Shown here piece by piece: positions 26,533 to 36,115 of a stretch of DNA of 64,000 nucleotides (position 1 is the first letter of the stretch; the number at the start of each line of letters is the position of its first letter). Made by a program: the position numbers and the translations under genes. The DNA comes from Candidatus Acidiferrales bacterium (lineage in GTDB: Bacteria; Bacteroidota; Ignavibacteria; Kryptoniales; JAKASW01). Under the pieces are notes generated by a model that was not told the DNA's origin, did no database searches, and was given only the letters and a program-made list of their open reading frames with translations. The DNA lies in contig DATJAY010000035.1 of assembly GCA_035515795.1 (NCBI GenBank), positions 220,048 to 284,047 of the forward strand, read 5' to 3'.

Positions 26533-27308
26533 TGAAACTGAACGATCTCTTACCGCGCGAACATGGCACATGGGCAATGTGGATCGTACCGATGCTCTCG
26601 GCGGCACTTGTCACGCACCTTTCGGCGAGCTTCGTGCTTCTGTTCACCTGTTTCGCTCTTTTCTACATAGCTCACCGTCCGATCGCGGCCTTAACAAAAG
26701 ATATGCGCCGTCCCGAGTTGAAGAAGTTTCTATTAATAATCGTCCCGCTGGCGATTTTTCTGGCCATTCTTCTCGTGGAGGTGTACAGACTACCGTGGTT
26801 GATCCTGTTTTGGGGAATTGAATTATCTTTGTTTGCCTTCAGCGTGAGGACGTTCCTCCATAAAGCGCAACGGAGTTTTATCAATGAACTGACGGTATTA
26901 GCGGCGCTAACTCTGTCCGCTCCTGCTGCCTACTACACAGTCACAGGCCGCGTCGACGTTATGGCAGTCTGGCTTTTTATCTTGAATTTCCTGTTTTTCG
27001 GGAGCAGCGTTTTCTACGTAAAGGCGAGAATTGAATTCCTGCGCTCAAACGGAAAATGGCTGAATGGCGCGCGAAAATCATTAACTATGGTAATTGCTTA
27101 TCATATTATCTTGATTGCAGTGATAGTTTTGCTCGGCATCTTCAGTTCGATTGACATTCTGATTTTGCTGGGCTTCACCCCCATGATGGTACAGGTTGCA
27201 AGCGGCATTCTCTCAAAGGACACAAGAGTAAATTTTAGACTCGTCGGAGTTTTGCTGATTGCACAGTCATTCGCATTCCTTGTTGGAATAAAACTTTTCC
27301 TGAAATAA
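26529..27308 (+). CDS. YwiC-like integral membrane protein
   Basis: GTGA overlap with the hemerythrin gene. LPREHGTWAMWIVP N-terminus as recalled for the YwiC-like family. About 8 hydrophobic helices. Confidence 0.55.
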   Translation: MMKLNDLLPREHGTWAMWIVPMLSAALVTHLSASFVLLFTCFALFYIAHRPIAALTKDMRRPELKKFLLIIVPLAIFLAILLVEVYRLPWLILFWGIELSLFAFSVRTFLHKAQRSFINELTVLAALTLSAPAAYYTVTGRVDVMAVWLFILNFLFFGSSVFYVKARIEFLRSNGKWLNGARKSLTMVIAYHIILIAVIVLLGIFSSIDILILLGFTPMMVQVASGILSKDTRVNFRLVGVLLIAQSFAFLVGIKLFLK

Positions 27309-27505
27309 CTACCCCATATTGTTTTGAATTAACCGTGATAGGCGTCGCAAAGGATATAGAAATATGAGCATCTCGAGTCTTCAAGCGGTTTGAATTTTTT
27401 CCGAGGATTTTTCGCCGGGCGATTACCACAAGCCAAGACAAATCTTTGAACTTCTACGTCTCCTTATTAAATTGAGTTTCGCGATTCATTCACAACGGAG
27501 AAACT

Positions 27506-28420
27506 ATGAGTCTACTTGTCGTTGGGTCGATTGCGCTCGACACCATCGAAACACCTTTCGGACGCGCCGACCGCGTGGCCGGGGGAAGTGCCGTCTATAT
27601 TTCGGCGGCGGCGTCCTATTTCACCGCTCCGATCAGACTTGTTGGGGTTGTCGGCTCGGACTTCCCGGATTCGGAACTCAAGTTTCTTGAATCCCGCGGA
27701 ATAGATCTTGCCGGCATTCAGGTTGTTGAAGGAGGAAAAACATTTTTTTGGAGCGGCCGGTATCATTACGATCTGAACGAGCGCGACACTATAGATACCC
27801 AGCTGAACGTTTTTGAAAAATTCAATCCGGTTCTCCCAGAATCGTATCGGAAAAGCAAGTACCTCATCCTGGGCAACATTGATCCTGTTCTGCAGCTTCG
27901 AGTAATCGATTCAATGGAACAAAGGCCAGAGCTTATCGTCTGCGATACGATGAATTTCTGGATAAAGGGAAAAAACAAAGAGTTGATGGAAACATTAAAG
28001 AGAGTCGATGTCTTGATTGTGAACGACTCCGAGGCGAGACTGCTCGTCTCGGAACCAAACCTCGTCAAAGCAGCAAAGAAAATAACGAAACTCGGGCCGC
28101 CGATCGTAATTATCAAGAAAGGTGAGCATGGAGCGCTGTTGTTTACAAGCGAATCGGTTTTCGCTGCTCCGGCTTTCCCGCTCGAATTCATTTACGATCC
28201 TACGGGGGCGGGAGATACATTTGCGGGAGGATTTATCGGACACCTCGCTCGCACGGAAGACTTATCCGATCACAACCTAAGGAAAGCAACTGTTTACGGA
28301 AGTGTAATGGCGTCGTTCGGTGTAGGAAAGTTCGGCACGGAAGCATTGAAGAATTTATCGGATATGGATATTCACAGGCGCTACCGGGATTTCATAGAAC
28401 TGTCGAGATTCGATGAGTGA
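27506..28420 (+). CDS. PfkB-family sugar/nucleoside kinase
   Basis: SD GGAG. MSLLVVGSIALD, GGSAVY, DPTGAGDTFAGGFIGHL (PfkB signature 2). Confidence 0.85.
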   Translation: MSLLVVGSIALDTIETPFGRADRVAGGSAVYISAAASYFTAPIRLVGVVGSDFPDSELKFLESRGIDLAGIQVVEGGKTFFWSGRYHYDLNERDTIDTQLNVFEKFNPVLPESYRKSKYLILGNIDPVLQLRVIDSMEQRPELIVCDTMNFWIKGKNKELMETLKRVDVLIVNDSEARLLVSEPNLVKAAKKITKLGPPIVIIKKGEHGALLFTSESVFAAPAFPLEFIYDPTGAGDTFAGGFIGHLARTEDLSDHNLRKATVYGSVMASFGVGKFGTEALKNLSDMDIHRRYRDFIELSRFDE

Positions 28421-29468
28421 TCCACAACCAGATACTTCAAGAATGAGACAACTCCCCGACCCCATAAGATGGGACAAAGGAAATGTCGTGATCATCGACC
28501 AGACACTCCTCCCGCACAAAGAAAAATTCATCTCGTCAAAAAATTACAGAGAGGTCTGTGAGTGGATAAAGTCGCTCCGCATTCGCGGAGCACCTGCTAT
28601 AGGAATAGCGGCCGCGTATGCAGCCACGCTTGCCGCATTTGAATTGAAGTCGAAAGATAAAATTGATTCCCGGCTGGACCAGGCCTTGAGCGAAATTCAA
28701 AAGACACGGCCGACGGCTGTCAATTTGAAAAATATTCTCGTTCGACTGAAGAAAATAAGTTTATCGGGAAATATCGCTGAGATCTTTCTAAACGAGTCAA
28801 ACAAAATTCTGAACGAAGAAATCGAAGCGTGCAAAAAGATCGGTCAATTCGGGCTCGAGCTTGTTCCCGAAAAAGCCACGATTCTCACACATTGTCATAC
28901 CGGCGGACTTGCCACCGGTGGTTATGGTACGGCGCTCGGAATCATCCGGGCCGCGCATGAAGCGGGCAAGGATATTCTCGTTCTTGCCGACGAGACGAGG
29001 CCGCTTCTTCAAGGCGCTCGGCTGACCGCCTATGAGCTTCAGAAATTAGGAATAAAATTTAAATTGATCGTTGACGGAGCCTCCGGAATTGCTATGAAGA
29101 GATTTAGAGTTGATCTCGTCGCCGTCGGCGCGGACAGGATCGCAGCGAATGGCGACACCGCAAACAAGATAGGTACCTATAATCTTTCCGTGCTCTGCAA
29201 AGAAAACAAGGTTCCATTTTACATTGCCGCGCCCAGCTCAAGTTTCGACTTGACTGCAAAATCCGGTCATGACATTCCGATTGAGGAGCGAAGCGCCGAC
29301 GAGGTTACTAGTTTTCAAAGCTGCCGCTCGGCACCGGAGGGCGTTTCCGTTTACGCGCCGGCGTTCGATGTTACTCCCAGGGAAAATATAAGTGCGTTCG
29401 TGACGGAAAAGGGAATCATCAGGAATCCGTTCGAGGAGAATATTGGAAAGGCAATGGTATCTCCTTAG
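28413..29468 (+). CDS. mtnA: S-methyl-5-thioribose-1-phosphate isomerase family (e2b2/MtnA-like)
   Basis: IIDQTLLPH, IRGAPAIGIAAAY, RPTAVNL, THCHTGGLAT (catalytic Cys), VGADRIAANGDTANKIGTY (catalytic Asp). 8-nt overlap with the kinase gene. TAG stop. Confidence 0.8.
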   Translation: MSDPQPDTSRMRQLPDPIRWDKGNVVIIDQTLLPHKEKFISSKNYREVCEWIKSLRIRGAPAIGIAAAYAATLAAFELKSKDKIDSRLDQALSEIQKTRPTAVNLKNILVRLKKISLSGNIAEIFLNESNKILNEEIEACKKIGQFGLELVPEKATILTHCHTGGLATGGYGTALGIIRAAHEAGKDILVLADETRPLLQGARLTAYELQKLGIKFKLIVDGASGIAMKRFRVDLVAVGADRIAANGDTANKIGTYNLSVLCKENKVPFYIAAPSSSFDLTAKSGHDIPIEERSADEVTSFQSCRSAPEGVSVYAPAFDVTPRENISAFVTEKGIIRNPFEENIGKAMVSP

Positions 29469-30216
29469 CTCGGCTTTGGACGTAACGACAGCTGCCGGAC
29501 CACATCTGGAAATCTTATGAGATTGTGCTGGCATCATTGGGTGAAAGTATGACGATTCGTTCTTCCAAGAGTTCATATATCATGCTGTTTTGGACTTGGA
29601 CGTTGCTTCCGATTATTAGAATAGCAACCATGATATTCAGGAATATCGACAAAGGGATATTTGAATCGCGCATCATGATAGTCGCTGCTTGGATCGTCGT
29701 CTTACTTTCGCTGTTTTGAGTGAGTTTGCCAGTTGAACATGGCATCATTACCTAAAGAAGTCTTTTGGGGACGAAGACCGTCAGAGTTGACGGCGTCAAG
29801 ACCGCGAGAACCGAATCAAGAGGCGATAACTACAGCGAACGACGTCATTCTTTCCGCCCCCTCATAAGACTCGTGCTCGAGTCGGAATGGAATGAGCAAA
29901 AGATATACGTCAATATGAAAGTCTTTGACCTAAAAGACCTCAGGGAGTTATACGAAATTCTGCAAAAAGCAGGGATAGAAGTAAAGTAATTGTCGCGCGT
30001 TCGGCTAAGCACTCTGATGCGTGGCCGAGCGTGTTGCTGGACTCGATTGTAAGGAACGGACGATTGGCCTATTATTCGTGGAGAGAAGGCATCATGGCAG
30101 ACCCCCAGTCTCTCCATGGGAGCGCTTGATGAACTTCATATCGACAAATTCAAAAAAGATCCCTTAAGCCGGTGAATGACCCTTTGTCTCCCTTTTACTT
30201 TTTGTTAAATTAAGTC

Positions 30217-31005
30217 GTGTCAATCGAAAAAACTGAAGCCATCGTACTTAGAGCGGTAAACTACCGCGATACGAGCAAGATCGTGACGTTTTATACGAAG
30301 CGTTACGGAAAGATGAGCGCGATCGCAAAAGGCGTTCGCAACCCCAAGAGCAAGTTCGGCTCCCTGTTTCAACCGCTCAACTACCTCCAGATAGTCTTCT
30401 ACCACCGCGAGAGCCGCCAGCTTCAGTACGTCTCGTCCAGCGACTTCGTTAAGTACTTCAAGTCGTTGACGGCGAGCGTCGAGAAACTTTCTGTCGCGAT
30501 GTCGCTAATCGAGATCGTAAATCTTGTCATGCATGACGAAGAGGAGAACGAACAACTTTTCGGACTTTTGGTGGATTCGCTGGCCGAACTCGACACGCTG
30601 GAGATGCCAGATGTTGCGTCCCCGCAGCGTGCATTGAATGTTTTCATACATTTCGGCCTTCATCTTGCAATTGAGCTTGGCTTCGCGCCGAATTTCGAAA
30701 ATTGCCTGATATGCCGTAAACCTATCCGCATTGAGAAACAAACGAAAATTAATTACGTTATAGAAAAAGGCGGGCCTCTGTGTGAGGAGTGTTCCTCGAA
30801 AGTCAACGGCACTTTCCTGATATCAAGCCCGGGATTTCTAATCTTGCGCAGTTTCGCCCGTCTAAACTCAGAAGCAGCTGCGAAGTCGAAAATTGAACCG
30901 GCAGTTCGACATGAACTTTCAAATTTTATTTTTGTTTACTTAAGAAAGCACTCGGACAGCCTGAAGGATATAAAGTCTCTTAAATTCCTGTCTGCACTAA
31001 AATGA
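30217..31005 (+). CDS. recO: DNA repair protein RecO
   Basis: GTG start. EAIVLRAVNYRDTSKIVTFYT..GKMSAIAKGVR (OB fold) and a C-terminal CxxC...CxxC zinc motif (CLICRK..CEEC). Confidence 0.85.
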   Translation: MSIEKTEAIVLRAVNYRDTSKIVTFYTKRYGKMSAIAKGVRNPKSKFGSLFQPLNYLQIVFYHRESRQLQYVSSSDFVKYFKSLTASVEKLSVAMSLIEIVNLVMHDEEENEQLFGLLVDSLAELDTLEMPDVASPQRALNVFIHFGLHLAIELGFAPNFENCLICRKPIRIEKQTKINYVIEKGGPLCEECSSKVNGTFLISSPGFLILRSFARLNSEAAAKSKIEPAVRHELSNFIFVYLRKHSDSLKDIKSLKFLSALK

Positions 31006-31021
31006 TTTGGAGGAACTAATT

Positions 31022-32545
31022 ATGCGGCGGAGAACAATAATCGGAGCGGCATTGCTTGTCGCCGTCGGAATCGTGTTCGGCGCGTTTCTCGTGATGAGTT
31101 TCAACGGCGTGGGCACAAGCTTAAGCTTTCAATCCGAGAAGATAAAACTCGGCGGCGCTCCTCCCCTCGTTAACACCGATATGAATTTGATGTCGACACA
31201 GCGGGCATTTGTTGCTGTATCAAAGGCCGTGACTCCGACCGTCGTCAGCGTTACCGTCACCACGAAACCGAAAAGCAGCATACCGTTCTTTCATAACTTT
31301 CAATTCAATTTTCCCGAGCCTGAGCCCGAACAAGGAATGGGATCGGGAGTCATCGTAACTTCGGATGGGTACATCATAACAAACAATCACGTCGTCGACG
31401 ACGCGGAGAAAAACGGAATCAAGATTACGCTTCATGACAACCGGGAATTTAGCGGAAGAGTCGTTGGAAAAGACCCAACCACGGACGTCGCGGTAATCAA
31501 AATAGATGCGAACAGTCTTCCGATTGCGGCGCTCGGAAATTCTGACAGCATTGAAGTTGGGGAGTGGGTTCTTGCTATCGGAAATCCGCTCGGTCTAACC
31601 TCGACAGTAACTGCGGGCATTGTGAGCGCACTCGGCAGAAATATCGACGTCGCCACATCGCGGGAAAAATACGGTATCAGCAACTTCATCCAGACGGATG
31701 CTGCGATCAACCCCGGCAACAGCGGCGGTGCCCTCGTAAATATCCACGGTGAAGTTATCGGAATCAACGCCGCCATCGCAACGAGAACCGGTTACAATCA
31801 GGGATACGGCTTTGCGATCCCGATAAACCTGGTGAAGAAGATGGCTGAGGACCTGATCGCGTACGGGAAGGTGAGAAGACCATGGCTTGGTATCGCAATG
31901 AAATCCGATCTCGATGAAACCGACGCACATGCTCTTGGAATGTCAAAACCGTCCGGAGTATTGGTCCAGGACGTTTACCCGGGGACGCCGGCGGAGAAAG
32001 CCGGTATCAAGGCAGGCGACGTCATCCTCTCCGTCGACGGGAAAGACGTTAATGCCGCAAACGAAGTTCAGATAATAATCGCAGAACATAAACCGGGCGA
32101 CATGGTCTCGGTGAAGGTTTTCAGAGACGGTGGAGCAGGAGAGAAGAAGGTCACCTTAAGTGAGTTGCCCGAACAAAACCTGGCAAGCGCCGATCAGAAC
32201 GTCGATCAGGATGAGGAAGAAGAAAACCCGAACGAAACCGGGCAGATAAACGTTGCCAAGCTTGGAATATCCGTGCAACCTCTCGACGAGGGCACAAAGA
32301 GGCAGGCGAATGCCGAATCTGGAATTCTGGTCGCAAGCGTTGCTCCGAACGGACCTGCAGCGGATAGGACACTACTGCAAGGCGACATCATCACGGAAGT
32401 GGATCACCAGAAAATCAAATCACCCGGGGAATTCACAAGCGTTTTGAAAAATAAAAAGAGCGGGGATGCGGTGATGCTGAGAGTGCTCACAAGACAGGGG
32501 AACAGCTTCGTCTCAAGGTTCGTAGCTGTGGAAATAGGCGAGTAA
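31022..32545 (+). CDS. htrA: HtrA/DegP/DegQ-family serine protease with two PDZ domains
   Basis: SD GGAGG plus ATG 31022. TNNHVV (His), DVAVIK (Asp), GNSGGAL (Ser). Two PDZ-like segments (GVLVQDV..PAEKAGIKAGDVI and GILVASV..GPAADR..GDII). Confidence 0.9.
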   Translation: MRRRTIIGAALLVAVGIVFGAFLVMSFNGVGTSLSFQSEKIKLGGAPPLVNTDMNLMSTQRAFVAVSKAVTPTVVSVTVTTKPKSSIPFFHNFQFNFPEPEPEQGMGSGVIVTSDGYIITNNHVVDDAEKNGIKITLHDNREFSGRVVGKDPTTDVAVIKIDANSLPIAALGNSDSIEVGEWVLAIGNPLGLTSTVTAGIVSALGRNIDVATSREKYGISNFIQTDAAINPGNSGGALVNIHGEVIGINAAIATRTGYNQGYGFAIPINLVKKMAEDLIAYGKVRRPWLGIAMKSDLDETDAHALGMSKPSGVLVQDVYPGTPAEKAGIKAGDVILSVDGKDVNAANEVQIIIAEHKPGDMVSVKVFRDGGAGEKKVTLSELPEQNLASADQNVDQDEEEENPNETGQINVAKLGISVQPLDEGTKRQANAESGILVASVAPNGPAADRTLLQGDIITEVDHQKIKSPGEFTSVLKNKKSGDAVMLRVLTRQGNSFVSRFVAVEIGE

Positions 32546-32567
32546 TTCAGGTAAATATTTTCAACAG

Positions 32568-32601
32568 AAAAAAGCCCACGACTCAAGGCGTGGGCTTTTT
32601 A
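32568..32601 (+). terminator. Rho-independent terminator after htrA
   Basis: AAAAGCCCACG - loop - CGTGGGCTTTTT. Confidence 0.75.
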
Positions 32602-32641
32602 GTTTTCACTCCGCCGCAATTTTTCTTATATTTAATCCGAC

Positions 32642-33826
32642 ATGTTAAGACTTCTTACCGCAGGTGAATCACACGGCAGGGCGCTCGTCGGAATAATAGA
32701 GGGTGTTCCATCAAATGTGGAGCTCGCCGCCGAATACATCAACCGCCAGCTTTACCGTCGTCAGCAGGGTTACGGCCGCGGCGCCAGGATGAAAATAGAG
32801 ACCGACAAGGTTGAAATCCTGACCGGAGTCCGGCAAGGCAAGACCGTCGGTTCCCCGATCTCTCTCGTTATCTGGAACCGCGACTTCGAAAACTGGGGAG
32901 AGAAAATGGCGGTCGAATCCATAGAGAAAGAAATAGAAAGAGTTGTTATCGCGCGGCCGGGTCATGCGGATTTTGTGGGAAAGTACAAGTATGCATTCGA
33001 TGACATCCGGAACGTGATCGAGCGCGCTAGTGCCCGCGAGACTGCCATGCGAGTTGCGCTCAGTGCGGTCGCGAGAAAACTTCTAGACGACCTCGAAATC
33101 AAAATCGGCAGCCACGTGTTTTCCATAGGTACCGCAGGTTACAAAAGCAGAGAGGCTCTCGATCCCATCCTGCTGAAGATGCTCGCCAGGAAAAACGGTG
33201 CCGAGGAGATTTCCAACGAGGCGGATAAATCCGAAGTAAGATGCCTCGACGATAATATTTCTGATAAGATGGTACAGCAGATCAAGCGCGCGAAAAAGTC
33301 GGGTGACACTCTCGGCGGAATTGTCGAAGTATATATCACGGGATTGCCCATCGGACTTGGGAGCTACGTTGAATTCGACAGGAAGCTTGACGGGCGGCTC
33401 GCGCAGGCGGTGATGTCCATACATGCGATAAAAGGTGTTGAGATTGGCGAAGGATTCAGGAATGCGACAAAATTCGGCTCTGAGGTTCACGATGAGATCT
33501 TGCTCAAAGGGAAACGAATTGTCAGGCCCACAAACCGTGCAGGCGGACTGGAAGGAGGCGTAACGAACGGTCAGCCGTTATGGATCCGAGCTGCCATGAA
33601 ACCGATCTCGACTCTCATGAAACCGCTCCGAAGCATAGATCTTTCAAAGATGAAAGCCGTCCAGGCAAGAAGGGAGCGTTCCGACTTTTGTGCCGTACCG
33701 GCAGCCGCAGTGGTCGCGGAAAACATAGTAGCACCAGTGTTGGCTGACGCAATTTTAGAAAAATTCGGGGGCGACAATATGGGTGAACTAAAAGAAAGAT
33801 TCTCCAGAGAAGCGTTCTTCGGTTGA
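32642..33826 (+). CDS. aroC: Chorismate synthase
   Basis: LTAGESHG, RRQQGYGRGARM, RPGHAD, RASARETA, GGLEGG, and other AroC signatures. Confidence 0.9.
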   Translation: MLRLLTAGESHGRALVGIIEGVPSNVELAAEYINRQLYRRQQGYGRGARMKIETDKVEILTGVRQGKTVGSPISLVIWNRDFENWGEKMAVESIEKEIERVVIARPGHADFVGKYKYAFDDIRNVIERASARETAMRVALSAVARKLLDDLEIKIGSHVFSIGTAGYKSREALDPILLKMLARKNGAEEISNEADKSEVRCLDDNISDKMVQQIKRAKKSGDTLGGIVEVYITGLPIGLGSYVEFDRKLDGRLAQAVMSIHAIKGVEIGEGFRNATKFGSEVHDEILLKGKRIVRPTNRAGGLEGGVTNGQPLWIRAAMKPISTLMKPLRSIDLSKMKAVQARRERSDFCAVPAAAVVAENIVAPVLADAILEKFGGDNMGELKERFSREAFFG

Positions 33827-33835
33827 AAACATAAA

Positions 33836-34984
33836 GTGGCTAAAGAACGCATCGGGTATATCGATCAATTCAGGGGGCTCGCAACGATATTCATGGTGGA
33901 GACGCACGTTGTCAATGCGCTTCTTCGCGATTCACTCAGGGGGAGTTTCATTTTCGGGACACTCGATTTCATAAATGGTTTCGTCGCTCCGTCTTTTCTT
34001 TTCGTCGCGGGTTTTTCTTTTACACTCGCTTTGAATAGAAAAGGAGATGCCTACCGGAGTTTTTCTCCGGAATTGTGGAAACATCTGAAGCGGCTTGTTT
34101 TCATCTGGGCCACCGGTTATCTCATGCACATTCCGTACTTCTCGCTTCTCAAAACCGTGCATGGCTCAACACCGGAAGATATGACGGCATTCTTCGCAAT
34201 TGATATCCTTCAGTGCATTGCCGCCACCTTGATACTGGTACACCTGATTAGAACTATCGTAAAATCCGACCGGACATTTAATATAATCTTATGGGGACTC
34301 TTCTGGCTATTTATACTTGTCGCTCCTGTCTTCGGAATCTTCGATCCATATCAGGCCACACATGAGTTTATAGGGCAATACTTCAATAGACTTCACGGTT
34401 CACTCTTCCCGCTCTTCCCGTGGTCAAGCTTCCTGATCGCAGGAATTATCTCCTCGCAGAAAATCACTTTCGAGAAAGTTGTGGATGCCAAAAGCGGGAA
34501 ACGCAGGTTTGGACAAAGGCTGCCCCTTATCGGCGGGATTCTTATAACAGCAGGAATCCTGCTCGTGCTCGTCCACAAAACTTTTCTCCCGCAGATAAAC
34601 CTATACGACTATGCACCCGGGTGGTTCCTTCTCAGGCTCGGAGTGTTACTTTGGATTCTGAGTGCAATTATCTGGTACGAAACTAAACGGAATCATGGCT
34701 GGTCGTCGGTAAAAATATTCGGACGAGAATCGTTTCTGGTCTACGTCGCCCACATCCTTTTCGTTTACGGATCGAGCATGAGAAACATATCGCTCGTGGA
34801 ATCAGTCGGTGAAACTTTGAACTATCTGCAATGTTTCGGGGTATTTGCAGGATTGACAATGGCCATGTTCCTTCTCGCGTATGCATGGTCAACTTTGAAG
34901 AAGCGAAACTACGATCTCTCGCGGCTTGTACAGTACGCGTTCGTCGCAAGCTTCTTCTATTTGTTCATAAAGAATTCGTACTAA
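33836..34984 (+). CDS. DUF1624 / HGSNAT-like acyltransferase-family membrane protein
   Basis: GTG start. RIGYIDQFRGLATIFMVETHV N-terminus and about 10 TM helices. Confidence 0.65.
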   Translation: MAKERIGYIDQFRGLATIFMVETHVVNALLRDSLRGSFIFGTLDFINGFVAPSFLFVAGFSFTLALNRKGDAYRSFSPELWKHLKRLVFIWATGYLMHIPYFSLLKTVHGSTPEDMTAFFAIDILQCIAATLILVHLIRTIVKSDRTFNIILWGLFWLFILVAPVFGIFDPYQATHEFIGQYFNRLHGSLFPLFPWSSFLIAGIISSQKITFEKVVDAKSGKRRFGQRLPLIGGILITAGILLVLVHKTFLPQINLYDYAPGWFLLRLGVLLWILSAIIWYETKRNHGWSSVKIFGRESFLVYVAHILFVYGSSMRNISLVESVGETLNYLQCFGVFAGLTMAMFLLAYAWSTLKKRNYDLSRLVQYAFVASFFYLFIKNSY

Positions 34985-35041
34985 ATCAATGTTGAATTCT
35001 GAATTCCAATCTAGAATTCATTATCGGCAATTCTCATCCGC

Positions 35042-35842
35042 TTAGATATTATTGTCCTTCAAAAAACCCACCAGCGCCGAGTTGAACTCGCTGGCGTTCT
35101 CAAGATTTGAAAGATGCCCGGCACCACGAACCAATACGAACTTCGAGTTTTTTATCTTTGACCGCATCAACTCCGCATCCGCTTGAGGAGCCACTTTATC
35201 CTTTTCTCCCGTGATAATCAGCGTCGGCACGGATATTTTTTCGAGGCTCTCCGTCATGTCCATCCTCGCGGCCAGCGCGATCTGTGTGCCGATGAGGGCG
35301 GTTTCATCGGTCGACCTCATGATCGAAACAATTTTGTGAACTGCGGTCTTGTTTTTCCGGAAACTTTCCGGCGCGAAGAGAGCTTGTGCCATATCGTCGG
35401 CAAATTGGGATTTCCTTCGCGCGAGAATCATCCTTATCTGGTTCGCGCGATTTAATTTTGATGCATTTGTGTCGGCCGAGCTTTTCGTATTGCAGAGAAT
35501 CAGCCCGGAAATCCGGGTTGGATCGCGATCTGTTGCCCTCATTGCCGCGTAACCGCCGATAGAAAGTCCGCAGACGACAGCTTTCTTCAAACCAACGTGA
35601 TCCATGACTTCGAACAGGTCATCAACTATGAACTCGACGAGGTACTGTCCGCTTCCTACGTCGCTTTCGCCATGTCCTCTCAAATCGAACGCAACACCGA
35701 AATGGTCGTTTGAAATGAGTCTTCCCTGCTCGTGCCACATCGACTTGTCAAACGGGAAACCGTGGATGAAGACTATGCCGCGGTTTTTGTTCTCGCCATA
35801 AGTTTCATAGGCAATTTTTCCATGGGCGGTTTTTACAAACAT
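35042..35842 (-). CDS. Alpha/beta hydrolase (enol-lactonase/haloperoxidase-like)
   Basis: SD GGAG plus ATG 35842 (the ORF track starts at 35887). IHGFPFD, GLSIGGY nucleophile elbow, GAGH near the C-terminus. Confidence 0.8.
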   Translation of the reverse strand: MFVKTAHGKIAYETYGENKNRGIVFIHGFPFDKSMWHEQGRLISNDHFGVAFDLRGHGESDVGSGQYLVEFIVDDLFEVMDHVGLKKAVVCGLSIGGYAAMRATDRDPTRISGLILCNTKSSADTNASKLNRANQIRMILARRKSQFADDMAQALFAPESFRKNKTAVHKIVSIMRSTDETALIGTQIALAARMDMTESLEKISVPTLIITGEKDKVAPQADAELMRSKIKNSKFVLVRGAGHLSNLENASEFNSALVGFLKDNNI

Positions 35843-36115
35843 CTTATCTCCTTTAAAATGCTTTACAAAATAATAACCTGGACGCAAAAAAATATAAAAG
35901 ATTAGATGGTTTTAGAAAAGCATCGTAATTTTATCCGAGAGTGCACCGGCTGGTTCTCGCATTGAAAAAGAGCTGGAAGAAAATAGATATGGTGGAGCGT
36001 CTTGAATAAATCTATACCGCGTTTCTGGCAGAATAGCCTGAGCGCAATTCCTCAAGGAGAACGCCGCGAATTTCTGCAGGAAGCCTATTAGACAAACTGC
36101 TTCCGCGCAAGGATA

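Noticed and set aside
29768-30110. Possible tmRNA (ssrA). GGGGACGAAGACCGTCAGAGTTGACGG resembles the tmRNA 5' end, and GCGAACGACG matches the start of the E. coli tag reading frame (GCAAACGACG).
   Set aside because: No tRNA-like T-arm (GGTTCGA..) and no 3' acceptor strand complementary to GGGGACG occurs within ~450 nt. The candidate tag (ANDVILSAPS) lacks the usual hydrophobic ..AA end. An Infernal tmRNA scan would settle it.
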